Assembly (NCBI GenBank): GCA_963728405.1
Contig: CAVSJV010000013.1
Location: 32,001 to 96,000, forward strand
Source: Methanomassiliicoccaceae archaeon
GTDB lineage: Archaea > Thermoplasmatota > Thermoplasmata > Methanomassiliicoccales > Methanomassiliicoccaceae
Length of the DNA stretch: 64,000 bases
Reading direction: 5' to 3'
The notes under the pieces were generated by a model. That model was given only the letters and a program-made list of their open reading frames with translations, ran no database searches and was not told where the DNA came from. Position numbers and translations under genes: made by a program. Shown in pieces: positions 41,975 to 52,467 of this stretch (position 1 is its first letter; the number at the start of each line of letters is the position of its first letter).

Positions 41975-42317
41975 CCTGGTATCTGTAATGGGGAAAACTG
42001 CCTTGTATGGGGACGAGGGTCGGTTCGCTTTCGCCATTATTATATGGCACGAAAGTAGGCGAACAATTAAAGGGCCCTGCATTGGAACACGAAGGCCGTG
42101 GTCTACCTACTTCTACACAAAGGGAAACAATCGCCCCAGCATTAACGGATCCACTCGGCTGCCGGTCTGCCGTTACTGGACCAAGTGGAAAGATTTCCGA
42201 TGGGACTCGAACTCGCTGTGTCGATCTTTCCGACATGATGCCCTTGGAGGCCCCCAAAGAGAAGAAGGGGTGGTCAGCAAATGGTTTATATGTGGTCAGG
42301 GTTTTGCCATATCCGAC

Positions 42318-42428
42318 GCCGAGGTAGTCTAGCCCGGTAAGGCGGTGGCCTCGAATTAACCATCGAGGTTACCGAGCAAGCCACTGACGGTCTCCGTCAC
42401 GGGAGTTCGAATCTCTCCCTCGGCGCCA
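42318..42428 (+). tRNA. tRNA-Ser(CGA) with a 23-nt intron at 37/38 (42356-42378) and encoded CCA
   Basis: Acceptor GCCGAGG/CCTCGGC, G73; anticodon stem GTGGC/GCCAC; long variable arm TGACGG-TCT-CCGTCA; T loop TTCGAAT; BHB CTCG/CGAG; TTTATAT promoter near 42285. Confidence 0.95.
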
Positions 42429-42549
42429 ATTTTCTCCTTTAACATTGGCCCAACCGCTGCTTTTGCGCTGATCCTTTCGCCAGCTGCCTCTGGGCTACAA
42501 GGGCCGCCTGAGGGCCGTCCTGAGATGGTTCGTTGGAACGGGCATAGGG

Positions 42550-43110
42550 TCACCTGGTGAGGGTGTACTTCACCACGCCCTTTCCCCATACGGTCTCTTG
42601 CAGCCGATTGGCGAACTCCTCCATCTTCTGAGGGTAATCCTCACCAAAATCCCTCTTCACGAAGGTCTGGGCCTGATCGAAGAGGGCCAGGTCCCGATCT
42701 GAGTCCATAATGTTCTCTATGGCTGGGAACACGAAATCCTCTTCCTTTATGATATGGTCACGCATGTGCGCCACCAGGTCGATGCAGTTCTGGGCCAGCG
42801 GTTCTCGGTCCCAGGATGCCACGTTGCTGGCGATGGCTTCAGCGAACGACCTAGCCTGGCGATGTTCGGCGACGAGATCGGGGATCATGGCCTTGATCCG
42901 GTCCGGTCCGTCGGCAGCGACCGGGAAAATGAAGCGTTCCTCCTTACCATGATGATAGTTGTCCATGAACTTCAGGAAGAAATCTGCTACCTCGGGCATG
43001 ATGCCCTTGTGTTGGTCCAGATTCCCGCTCACGGCCATGTCGGAAACCACGTCCAGGACCTGCCTGAGGATCCCATGGTCGTAGGATAGAATGGTGATGG
43101 TGACGCGCAT
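42550..43110 (-). CDS. Hemerythrin-like (HHE) domain protein
   Basis: DH, HHGKEERFIFP, EHRQAR, HIIKEEDFVFP. Confidence 0.88.
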   Translation of the reverse strand: MRVTITILSYDHGILRQVLDVVSDMAVSGNLDQHKGIMPEVADFFLKFMDNYHHGKEERFIFPVAADGPDRIKAMIPDLVAEHRQARSFAEAIASNVASWDREPLAQNCIDLVAHMRDHIIKEEDFVFPAIENIMDSDRDLALFDQAQTFVKRDFGEDYPQKMEEFANRLQETVWGKGVVKYTLTR

Positions 43111-43265
43111 GAGTAACAATATCACAGCGCACAGTATCTAGTTCTTCTCCCTGCTAGCCACGGTGAAAGGTCTGGAGTCAAATGGGTTTTATAATTGCTC
43201 TGTAGATTGATTAGCATGGGATCGCCCTTGACGAGCAATATCGCCGAGGGGCCCGAGGTGATCGG

Positions 43266-44705
43266 ATGGAAGGACAGATGCTGAAGGAGCTGGTCGAACT
43301 AGCCTTGTCCAAAGGAGCCACCTATGCGGAGATCAGATATCAGAAGGATGCCTATGATTCCAACCTTCTTAAGAACGGTATCGCGGAGGTCTCGTCGTTC
43401 GATACCGACCGTGGCGTGTCCATGCGGGCCGTGGTCAACGGCGGTCTTGGGTTTGGCGCTTCATCCTCCATCGGTCGGCGGGAGCTCAAGGGCCTGGTCG
43501 AGCGGACCGTCAAGGCGGCCCGGGCCGCTTCGAGGCTAAGGGACGCACCGGTCCGGATGGGCGAAGCGGACATGGCAGTAGGGTCGTCGGAGATACGGGT
43601 AAGGGTCAGGCCGGAGAACATCTCCTTGGAGGATCGTCTTGCTTTCCTAAAAGAGGTGGACCAGGCGGCCATCGAGGCCGCCACGTCCAATGCCATCTCT
43701 CTTCCCGGTCGATATCTTAATCTCGATACATTCGTCACCGAGAAACACATCGTCAATTCCGATGGGGCAGACTTCCGTTCGGTAGTGCCACGGGCCGAGG
43801 TCCATGCTGTGCTTACAGCAAAAATGGATTCAAACAGCTCGGTCCAGAGGATGTTCTCGCTGGGTGAGGCCTCAGGTTGGGAGGCCGTGGAGAGATGGGA
43901 CCTGGTCCGAAGGATGGGCGAAGAGGTGACGATCCTCGGAAGAGATCCTGAAGAAGGCCGATAGGTTCCTAGGCGAACGCATGGACGTGGTGCTGGGGCC
44001 GGAGGTTGTGGGGATAATCGCCCACGAGTCGGCCGGACATCCAGGAGAGGCGGACCGGATGCTCGGCCGGGAGGCCGCTCAGGCCGGTGAGACCTACCTG
44101 AACCGACAGGACCGGGGACGGAAGGTAGGCACGGAGCTGGTGAACGTGGTCGACGATCCAACGCTCAAAGGCTCGTTCGGTTTCTATCTCAGCGATGACG
44201 AAGGAGTGAGGGCCGCCAGGAGATATTTGATAAAAGGGGGGATGATCCAGGATTTCTTGCAAAATCGGGAGACCTCGGCCTTAATGGGGGTGCCCAGTAA
44301 CGGCTCCTCCCGTGCGGTCTCATACGATCGGGAACCTATCGTCAGGATGGCCAACACCTTCGTGGAACCGGGTGATCATGAGGAGGAAGAGATGTTCGAG
44401 GGGGTGAAGAAAGGCGTGTACATGCGCAACTTCATGGAATGGAACATCGACGACCGGCGGTTCAACCAGCGCTATGTCGGGCTGGAAGCCTACCTCATCG
44501 AGGACGGCAACCTTGGTCCGATGGTCCGCAACCCTGTTCTGGAGATAACCACTCCGGCACTTTGGTCGGCGGTCGATGCGATTGGCAAGAAGGTCGAGTT
44601 CTCTTCCGCCCACTGCGGCAAGGGCGACCCCATGCAGGCGATCCCAGTTTGGACCGGCGGGCCGCACATTCGCCTCCGCAATATCAAGATGGGGAATCGG
44701 CCTGA
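43266..44705 (+). CDS. tldD: TldD family metalloprotease, frameshift near 43942
   Basis: HESAGHPGEADR, DDEG, RMANT, CGKG.P.Q. Probable stop is TGA 44703-44705 if one A is missing in CC[A]TGA. Confidence 0.88.
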
Positions 44706-46032
44706 AGAACGAAGAGATCTGCCAACGATTGGTGGAACTATGTCTGTTCGAGGGGGCATCGGATGCCACCGCGGCGGTGAGCGAAGGAGGACAGTGCATG
44801 GTCCGATTCTCCAACAACGAGATCACGGTCGTCGATACTCTGATGCACCGTTCAGGTTCGATCTTCATCAACGTCGAGGGAAGGAAGGCGAGCACCAACC
44901 TAGTGGAGCTGGATCTAGCATCGCTCAAGAAGGCGGCCAAGAAGGCGGTGGCCATCGCCCGGGCCTCTCCTCCCGCCGACCTGTACGTGCCCTTGCCCGA
45001 AGGGCCGTTCAGCTACGATCCGAAACTGTTAAAGTCCCCCCGCGTCGACCTGGACCCCGATGGGCCTGTCACCTGGGTCCAGGAGGCCGTGACCGCTGGG
45101 ATCAAAGAGGGGGCAGAGAGGATGGCCGGCTCCCTTATTGTCCATGACGGCGAGTATTCCTTGGCCACTTCCGGTGGGGTTCTTGCCACCACCGAGGGAG
45201 GCTCGCTCGAACTGTCGTTACGGGCGTTCGGAAGGGGCAGGCATCGGGAGCCTCGGTTTCCTTAGCCATCGATGAAAATAGCCTCCACCCCGCTGCGACC
45301 GGGGCCGAGGCGGGGCGGGACGCTAAGATGGCCGCGGAGCCGGCGCAGATCGAACCAGGGGAGATGGATGCGGTGCTCGGCCCCATGGTGATGGCTCAGG
45401 TGATGAATCAGGTCGGACGGATGGCCTCAGCCTTCTACATCGACACCGGGATGTCTTTCCTGGCCAATAAGCTGGAACAGGACCTGGGTTCCCCAACCTT
45501 CTCTTTGATCGACGATCCGACCCTGGCCGATACCTTTGGCTCCTCTGCCTTCGATGCGGAGGGCCTGCCGACCCAGCGGACGGTCATCTTCGATCAAGGC
45601 GTGTTCAAGAGCTACCTCCATAACTCCACGACGGCGAGGAGGCATGGCACGGTGTCCACTGCCAACGCCGGCCTGATCGCGCCCCGGCCGTTCAATCTGG
45701 TCCTAGCTCCGGGGCGGGACGACCTGGAGTCATTGATCCGCTCGGTCGACCACGGGGTCTATGTCACCAACAACTGGTATCTGAGATACCAGAACTACGG
45801 GACGGGGGAGTTCTCCACCATCCCTAGGGATGCCATGTTCTTGATCAGGAACGGAGAGATGGCCGGCTCGGTCCGGGACCTCAGATTGTCGGATAACATG
45901 CTCAGGCTGATCAAGAACGTCGAATCTCTATCCGCGGCCCGACAATGGGTCAAATGGTGGGAGGTGTCCACGCCGGCCTTGGCCCCCCACGCGCTCATCA
46001 AGGGAGCGAAGTTCACCCGCTCCTCCCAGTGA
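44702..46032 (+). CDS. pmbA: PmbA/TldE family protein, frameshift near 45240
   Basis: VRFSNNEI, FDAEGLPT, STANAG, TNNWYLRYQN. The start is probably [A]TG AAG AAC, overlapping the tldD stop. Confidence 0.85.
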
Positions 46033-46179
46033 TGCCGTACCGTCATTCCTGTGGTGGGGTCCAAGGGCATGAGAGCCTCTCCTGTACCGGGTCACACAGG
46101 TTGAACGATAAAAATTAACATAATCAAATGATAATAAAAAGCTAGGGAGCGGCTCCCCAAAGTTATGAAAGATTCCCGC

Positions 46180-46489
46180 CGATAAAGGTCCTGTACACCC
46201 TGATCGAGAACATTTTCGGCACGGCGGGCAGGCGACCGAGATCACCCCCAGCAACCGGATGGTGGAGGGTGGCCAGGAGCTTATCATCGAGGATGATGAG
46301 ATGGACATAGTGCCCTGTGATAAGTACCGCATCTTCGAGATAGGCCTTGGCAAAGGCATCGGTCTCGGCCTTTTCTTGACCAAGGAGATATTGGCGATAA
46401 CCGGGGCCACCATTCGGGAGACCGGAACGGGGGGCCAGGGGGTGCGGTTCGAGATCTTCCTCCGGGACGGGAACTGGAGACCGCGCTGA
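46180..46489 (+). pseudogene. Histidine kinase HATPase_c C-terminal remnant
   Basis: VLYTLIENIF/RHGG...IIEDD...RIFEIGLGKGIGLGLFLTKEILAITG.TIRETG..GVRFEI, with degraded N and G1 boxes and no N-terminus. Confidence 0.75.
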
Positions 46490-46496
46490 GCTCTGC

Positions 46497-47321
46497 TCAT
46501 GGCCACTTGGATGCCAGTTCTTCTGACATGCTGCCGGATCGGAACCCCTGCAGGTCCAGAACGACATACACGAATCCTATCTTCTTAAGATCGGAGACAA
46601 CATCCTCCCGATGGGCGACGACCAGGGTGAGGTCCGCCGGCAGCACTTCGATACGGGCGATGGCGCCGTGGTGGCGGACCCTGACCTCTTTGATGCCAAG
46701 CTCGCGGACCGCCCTCTCGGCCTGGTCGATCTGCTTCAGCTTCTCCAAGGTGATCTGTTGGTGGAACGGGATGCGGGTGGCCAGGCATGGGTTGGCCGGC
46801 TTGTCCGCGGTCCCTATGCCAAGCTGTTTTGACAATCGACGTACATCGGCCTTATTGAGCCCGGCCTCTGACAGCGGAGAACGAACGCCCAGCTCTCGGA
46901 GGGCGCGTTTGCCCGGCCGGTCGCTGTCTAGGTCTTCGGCATGACTGCCGTCGATGATCACTGAATAGCCTCTCGCTTTGGCCGTGGCCGCGATGGCAGA
47001 GAAGATGGCCCGCTTGCAGATGTAACAGCGGTCCGGGGAATTGTTCCGAAAGTCCGCCATGGCCAGAACATCGACGATCAGGATGGAGGGCTCGATCCCC
47101 ATGGTCCGGGCGTTGGTCAGGGCGCATTCTAGCTCCGAGGAAGGCATCAAATCGCAAGAGACGGTGATGGCCAAGACCTTCTCCACCAGCTCGTCCCGAG
47201 CTACCCTGAGGATCAGGGAGCTGTCCGCGCCTCCGGAGTAGGCGATAGCGACCTTACCCATGGACTTTAATATGGCCCGCAGGCGGTCCAGCCCCTCGTC
47301 GCGGTCGATCACGCCCATCAA
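46497..47321 (-). CDS. larE: ATP-dependent sacrificial sulfur transferase LarE family
   Basis: AYSGGADS, RCYICK, DRPG, CLATRIP, VRVRHHG, GFRSGSM. Confidence 0.9.
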   Translation of the reverse strand: MMGVIDRDEGLDRLRAILKSMGKVAIAYSGGADSSLILRVARDELVEKVLAITVSCDLMPSSELECALTNARTMGIEPSILIVDVLAMADFRNNSPDRCYICKRAIFSAIAATAKARGYSVIIDGSHAEDLDSDRPGKRALRELGVRSPLSEAGLNKADVRRLSKQLGIGTADKPANPCLATRIPFHQQITLEKLKQIDQAERAVRELGIKEVRVRHHGAIARIEVLPADLTLVVAHREDVVSDLKKIGFVYVVLDLQGFRSGSMSEELASKWP

Positions 47322-47396
47322 TCACGCCTCATAACTATATCTTTTCCCGCCTTACCGGGCAGAAGCCAAAAATAGGCCCTGGCCTATGTTGGAGCA

Positions 47397-48197
47397 ATGA
47401 CCGTCCGGGACGTTCTGGAACGACACAAGAGAGGAGAGCTTGACATCGCCGAGGCGGAGCGCCTGATGCGTCTGGATTATGTCCAACGGATCGGGGATCA
47501 TACTCTATTCGATACCCGCCGGTCCGAACGGAAGGATGTGCCCGAGATCATATATGGTCAGACCAAGACCCCTCAGGTGGTGGCCGAGCTCGTGAGGGAG
47601 ATCCTGAAGGACAAGGACAATCTCCTCATATCGCGGGCCGGTCAAGAGCACTACGAGGCGGTCAAGAATGCAGTAGGGGCCGAGAACGTACGATTTGTAG
47701 AGAAGGCCGGCATGATCGTGGTCGACCTTCGAAATGAGGTAAAATATCGCGGAAGGATTGGCATCCTGACCGCAGGGACATCGGACATCCGGGTCGCTGA
47801 GGAGGCTAGAGTGGTGGCCGAAGCGATGAGCGTTGAATCGATGATCGCTTATGATGTGGGAATAGCTGCGTTCCATCGTTTCCTCGACCCTTTGGTGAAC
47901 ATGCTCGACTCAGGAGCGGATGCCCTCATTGTTGTTGCGGGCATGGAAGGCGCGCTGGCCTCGGTGGTCTCCTCCCTAGTGGATGTACCTGTCATCGGCG
48001 TTCCGACCTCGGTAGGTTATGGGGCGGGACGCGAGGGGAAGGCCGCCCTGATGTCCATGCTCCAATCCTGCTCCCCCGGGCTGGCGGTCGTTAATATCGA
48101 TAACGGGGTGGGGGCTGGTGCTACAGCCGCCCTCATAAGCTTAAGATGCAGGCGTTCTAAATATTACAAGGATGGCAATGCGGGTCATGATGGGTAG
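47397..48197 (+). CDS. larB: Nickel pincer cofactor biosynthesis protein LarB
   Basis: PEIIYGQTKT, AGTSD..VAEEA, DVGIA, VAGMEGAL, VPTSVGYG, VVNIDNG.GA. Confidence 0.92.
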   Translation: MTVRDVLERHKRGELDIAEAERLMRLDYVQRIGDHTLFDTRRSERKDVPEIIYGQTKTPQVVAELVREILKDKDNLLISRAGQEHYEAVKNAVGAENVRFVEKAGMIVVDLRNEVKYRGRIGILTAGTSDIRVAEEARVVAEAMSVESMIAYDVGIAAFHRFLDPLVNMLDSGADALIVVAGMEGALASVVSSLVDVPVIGVPTSVGYGAGREGKAALMSMLQSCSPGLAVVNIDNGVGAGATAALISLRCRRSKYYKDGNAGHDG

Positions 48198-49863
48198 GGC
48201 GGAAAACCGGAAAGCGGCGGAGCAGTTCTACGATCTCGCCTTGGCTATGGAGATTCAGGGAGAGCGATGGAGAGCCAATTCGTATCTGAAGGCAGCCCGA
48301 GCTATTGAGGGCCTAGGGGAACATCTGCGTTCCATCAGTGAACGGAGGGAGCTCCGTAACATCGAAGGGGTCGGAGAGAGCATCGAGTCCAAGCTCGAGG
48401 AGTACCTGACCACGGGCAAGATCGAAGCATTGGAGGCGGTCAGGGACGTGCTTCCGGAGGACCTGCCTTTTTTCCGCGATGCTCCCACCCTAGGCACTAC
48501 GCGAGTGGCCGATCTTGATCAACTGCTGGGCATTCGGTCGGTGGACGAGCTGCTGCGGGCCATCCATGAGGACGGGCTGGCCGAACTGCCTGATTTTGGC
48601 GAGGAAGTGCAGAGGAAGACCCTAGAATGGTTGAATTGGAAGAGGGAAGAATCGGCCGAGGTGCCGACCCCCTATGCCATCAGGTCGGCCAATCGCATCA
48701 TCGACCACCTGCGAGCCTCAGGGGAGGTCGAACGGATCGAACTGGCCGGACCTGTCAGGAGGAAGACCTCAACTGTGGCGAACATAATTCTGCTCTTCAC
48801 CTCCGATTCACCCGACCTGGTGATCGCCCGGTTCGGGCTCTGTCCAGAGGTGCTCGAACTGACCCTAGTAGAAAGGGACCAAGCGGTGGGCAAGACCACT
48901 TCGGGGGCGGCCTGCATGGTCCGTGAGGTCAAAGAGGATGCCTTCGCCCTCGAGCTGCTTCGTTCCACCGGCCCGGAGGCCCACATCAAGGAACTGATCG
49001 CGGTGGCCAAAGACCATGGGAAGAGGCTGTCATCCGGCCTACCTGGAAAGGGCAAACATGCCCGTACCGAAGAGGACATCTACGCTGCCCTGGACCTCAG
49101 CTACATCCCTCCCGAGTTGAGGGAAGGGCGCGTTTCCCACGATGGACCGCCGGTCAAGGACGGCGATCTGCTGGGTGACCTGCACGTCCGCTCGGCCTCG
49201 CTGGACGGGAGCCTTCGTGTTGCCGAGATGGTCCGGACCGCCAAGGAGATGGGGCATCATTACCTCTGTATATGCGATCGCCTGGGGGGCAGGCGTATGA
49301 ACATAGAGAACCTGAACCGACGGAACGCCATGATCGACGAGGTCCAGGAGACCATGGAACTCCCCATCCTGAAAGGAGCGGAAGTAGATATAACTCCAGA
49401 CGGCCGGCTGGATGCTCCCTCGGACGTCCTCGGCGATCTGGATCTGGTCATCGCATCAGTGAACACCAAGCTATCCATGTCACCCGGGGAGATGCTCGCC
49501 CGAGTGCTTCGGGCGATGGAAGATCCCAATATGGACATCCTGGGCCATCCGACCAACCGGGTCATCGGTCTGCGAGAGCGTTCCGGCCTGGACCTGCTGC
49601 GGGTCGCCGAGCGCGCCGTCGAGAGGAGGGTGGCGTTGGAGATGAACGTCTACCCTGACCGGCTGGACCTCAGCGATGAGGATGCCTACAAGCTCCAAGG
49701 GACCGGTGCCTACTTCTCCCTGGGCAGCGATGCCGCCTACCCTAACGAGTTGGACCACTGGAAGTGGGCGATGACCATGGCAAGGAAGGCCTACCTTCCC
49801 AAGACCCGAGTGTTGAACTCGATGCCGGTGGAACTGCTGAGGAAGAGAGCTTGGAGGAAGTGA
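48172..49863 (+). CDS. PolX-PHP family protein with degenerate active sites
   Basis: HhH IEGVGESI, TGP..H, EEDIY..L.LSYIPPELRE, GDLH, GAEVDI, GHPT.R, RLDL. Catalytic residues are substituted. Confidence 0.85.
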   Translation: MAMRVMMGRAENRKAAEQFYDLALAMEIQGERWRANSYLKAARAIEGLGEHLRSISERRELRNIEGVGESIESKLEEYLTTGKIEALEAVRDVLPEDLPFFRDAPTLGTTRVADLDQLLGIRSVDELLRAIHEDGLAELPDFGEEVQRKTLEWLNWKREESAEVPTPYAIRSANRIIDHLRASGEVERIELAGPVRRKTSTVANIILLFTSDSPDLVIARFGLCPEVLELTLVERDQAVGKTTSGAACMVREVKEDAFALELLRSTGPEAHIKELIAVAKDHGKRLSSGLPGKGKHARTEEDIYAALDLSYIPPELREGRVSHDGPPVKDGDLLGDLHVRSASLDGSLRVAEMVRTAKEMGHHYLCICDRLGGRRMNIENLNRRNAMIDEVQETMELPILKGAEVDITPDGRLDAPSDVLGDLDLVIASVNTKLSMSPGEMLARVLRAMEDPNMDILGHPTNRVIGLRERSGLDLLRVAERAVERRVALEMNVYPDRLDLSDEDAYKLQGTGAYFSLGSDAAYPNELDHWKWAMTMARKAYLPKTRVLNSMPVELLRKRAWRK

Positions 49864-49869
49864 GCAGCA

Positions 49870-50835
49870 ATGAGCCTATTCGCCCGTAAGGACCGTACCG
49901 CCAGGTTGAGGCCTATGACCTCGGAGGACATCGAGGAGGTCAGAGAGGTCGGCCAGATCGCCTGGTCCGACCTGGCCATGCATGATATCGGCCGCAAGTT
50001 CAAATATCCCAAACGGTCGGAGAAGATCGTCGATGCCTACCTCTGGAAGGACCCAGGCGGCTGCCTGGTCGCCGAGGAGGATGGCAAGATAGTGGGATCG
50101 GCCTTCTGTCATGTATGGGGCCGGGTCGGTTGGGTCGGCCCCTTGGAGGTCCTGCCCACTTATCAGGACCATGGCATCGGCAAGGCTCTGCTCAACAAAT
50201 GCGAGGCTCATCTCGAGTCAAGGGGATGCACGGTCATGGGCCTGGAGACCATGGCCCACCTGCCCAAACATCTTCACTTCTATATGTCCTCAGGATATCG
50301 TCCCGGGGCGACCACCCTGATCATGGAGAACATACTGGGCCTCGAGGGGAAGACCGGCGGGGAGACCGATGAACTGACCTTGGAGGGTCTTCCGTCCGGC
50401 TTCCGGTCAATAGCTGCCCTGAGCGAGAAAGTGAACACCCAGCTGGACTATTCGAAGGAGGCCGAGGTCATCGTTCGGAAACGCCTGGGTCATGTGTACT
50501 TCACAAAGGATGATCGGGGATTGACGGGATTTGCCCTTCTGCATACTTATCAACGTGGGGATGAGGCCACCTACTCATCGATCAAGGCTCTGCTCATCGA
50601 TCCTGATGCCCTCGATCCGCAGGCGACATTCACCAGCCTCATGTCCAAGTGTGAGCAGGTCTCCCTGGAACAGGGAAAGAGCAGACTGCTGACCCGTTTC
50701 CCGGCGGGGGACCTGCGGCTCTACGGTCAAATGCTCGAACGGGGCTTCGTGCTGAAAGGCGCCAATCTCCGGATGATCAAGACGGGCGATTACAATGAGC
50801 GGGGCAGCTATAACATCGCCTCCTGGGCGGGATGA
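49870..50835 (+). CDS. Tandem GNAT family N-acetyltransferase
   Basis: GPLEVLPTYQDHGIGKALL; two GNAT-like halves. Confidence 0.82.
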   Translation: MSLFARKDRTARLRPMTSEDIEEVREVGQIAWSDLAMHDIGRKFKYPKRSEKIVDAYLWKDPGGCLVAEEDGKIVGSAFCHVWGRVGWVGPLEVLPTYQDHGIGKALLNKCEAHLESRGCTVMGLETMAHLPKHLHFYMSSGYRPGATTLIMENILGLEGKTGGETDELTLEGLPSGFRSIAALSEKVNTQLDYSKEAEVIVRKRLGHVYFTKDDRGLTGFALLHTYQRGDEATYSSIKALLIDPDALDPQATFTSLMSKCEQVSLEQGKSRLLTRFPAGDLRLYGQMLERGFVLKGANLRMIKTGDYNERGSYNIASWAG

Positions 50836-50870
50836 GCCGATATCGGAAGAACTGAGAACCTGTTGTCCAG

Positions 50871-51002
50871 TTAGGTGGGGCTGACCTTTCTCCTCCTGAC
50901 CCACCGATATGCCAGGAAGAGAAGGAGCGGCAGCAAGGCGATGGCAGCGATCACCAGGTCGTACTGGTCCACGATCTCTACCGCGGACTCCCAGGCCGGG
51001 CC
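50871..51002 (-). pseudogene. DedA-like protein C-terminal remnant
   Basis: The minus strand reads GPAWESAVEIVDQYDLVIAAIALLPLLLFLAYRWVRRRKVSPT*. Confidence 0.55.
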
Positions 51003-51265
51003 ATCAGGGCAGAGACCGCCACGATGAACAGGCCCATGATCATGAATCGTTTCACCCCCACGCGGTCCGAAGCCAGACCCGCAGGGATGTCGAGGAAAAC
51101 CCGGGCAAGGGAGGTGGAGGCGATCAGGAGACCGACCATGGCGATGGTCACCCCGAAGCTGAGGGCGTACAGTGGCAAGACGGGAGATATCAGGGCCTGC
51201 CCGAGGCTGACGATAAAACCGATGATCGATAGGATCAGTGTATCCTTCAGCTCATCCCTGACCAT
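51000..51265 (-). pseudogene. MFS transporter N-terminal remnant (3 TM helices)
   Basis: PVLPLYALSFG...PAGLASDRVGVKR (MFS motif A); truncated after about 90 aa. Confidence 0.75.
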
Positions 51266-51498
51266 CTGCCTTCCTGGAGAACCCATTTATTGAAGCAGGC
51301 TCGCCATTTGAGGTTGGTCGCCTACAGTATTTCTGATTTCCTCGCACATGGTGGATCCCCACGGAAAGAAATATGGTTCGAGCGTCCTAGGAAATGCTTA
51401 CATCTAGGCAGGACCGGCCTGAAGTTAAGTTAATGAAAGTGGAGAGCCCATAAAAACCAGCAAGCGTGGTATTTACCTCTGCTGGAGGATGAGAAAGG

Positions 51499-52467
51499 GT
51501 GAAGATCGCAATAGCTGGCGCGGGGATGGCAGGATCGTATCTGTACAGGATCCTGAAGGAGGAAGGTTTTGGGACCATCGATATCTATGACCAGAAGAAG
51601 AGCAATAGCTGCGGGCACCGACCCTGCGCCTGGGGGTTCGCGCCCTCTTCCGAGTACTCTCGCCTAGTGTCCCGGTTCACCGATCCCGAAGGATTGGTGC
51701 TCAAGGCCTCGCGGTCCATCCGCATCGACGACATCGAGATGGGCGCCGACCTGTTGACGGTGGACAAGCCCGCCCTCAACAAAGCCATCCTGGATGGCGC
51801 GCCGGTCCATTATGGGCCGCTCGATCCAGGCGGCTATGATCGGGTGATCGATGCGACCGGTGTAGAGCGGGCCTATCTCGGACCGGTCGAGGGGGATGAT
51901 TTCGTGGCCGACCTCGCCCAGTACAGGGTCCGGACAAGCGAGGACCTAGGCCTGTGGATCAACACCTCCTCGATCGGCTATGAATGGTGCTTCCCTCTGA
52001 GGGAGAACGAGTACCACATTGGCTTCGGTAACCTCAAGGCCAAGGCTGAATCCTACGTTCCCACGTTCGCCAACGAGACCAAAGCTACGATCCTCTGCAA
52101 GTGCCATAGCCGGTTGCGCATGTCCTCACCCTACCACTCCAAACCTTTCTTTGCGAACAACAATATCGTTGGTGTCGGCGAGTGCATCGGCACGGTGGCA
52201 CCCCTGGGTGGCGACGGCAATCTGTACGCCATGCAGTGCGCGGAGATGCTTGTGGAACACTGGGACGACCTGAACAAGTATACAATGACGGTCCTAAAGA
52301 AATTCGATTGGATGAGGCGAGAGCGCGAATGTCTTGAGCGACTGATGGGGGGTCAGATGCCCTCTATTAGCGATGTCAGGACCTTTGTCCAGCACGCGCG
52401 CCGGGCAGGTTTCGAAATGAGCACGGTCAGCGCTCTCCGGTACTTCAAGAATGCCCTGCAAGGATGA
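51499..52467 (+). CDS. Geranylgeranyl-reductase-like FAD-dependent oxidoreductase
   Basis: GAGMAGS, PCAWG, IDATG, GYEWCFP (YxWxFP), VGECIGTVAPLGGDG. Confidence 0.82.
   Translation: MKIAIAGAGMAGSYLYRILKEEGFGTIDIYDQKKSNSCGHRPCAWGFAPSSEYSRLVSRFTDPEGLVLKASRSIRIDDIEMGADLLTVDKPALNKAILDGAPVHYGPLDPGGYDRVIDATGVERAYLGPVEGDDFVADLAQYRVRTSEDLGLWINTSSIGYEWCFPLRENEYHIGFGNLKAKAESYVPTFANETKATILCKCHSRLRMSSPYHSKPFFANNNIVGVGECIGTVAPLGGDGNLYAMQCAEMLVEHWDDLNKYTMTVLKKFDWMRRERECLERLMGGQMPSISDVRTFVQHARRAGFEMSTVSALRYFKNALQG

Noticed and set aside
42195-42216. tRNA-like fragment (minus strand GCGAGTTCGAGTCCCATC)
   Set aside because: The T-stem does not pair and no acceptor end follows.
43266-43983. Pyrrolysine (TAG) read-through in tldD
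   Set aside because: The TAG ending ORF 43266..43964 is reached only after a 1-nt frame slip, and the downstream half is in a different frame. I saw no convincing in-frame amber codon in the window.
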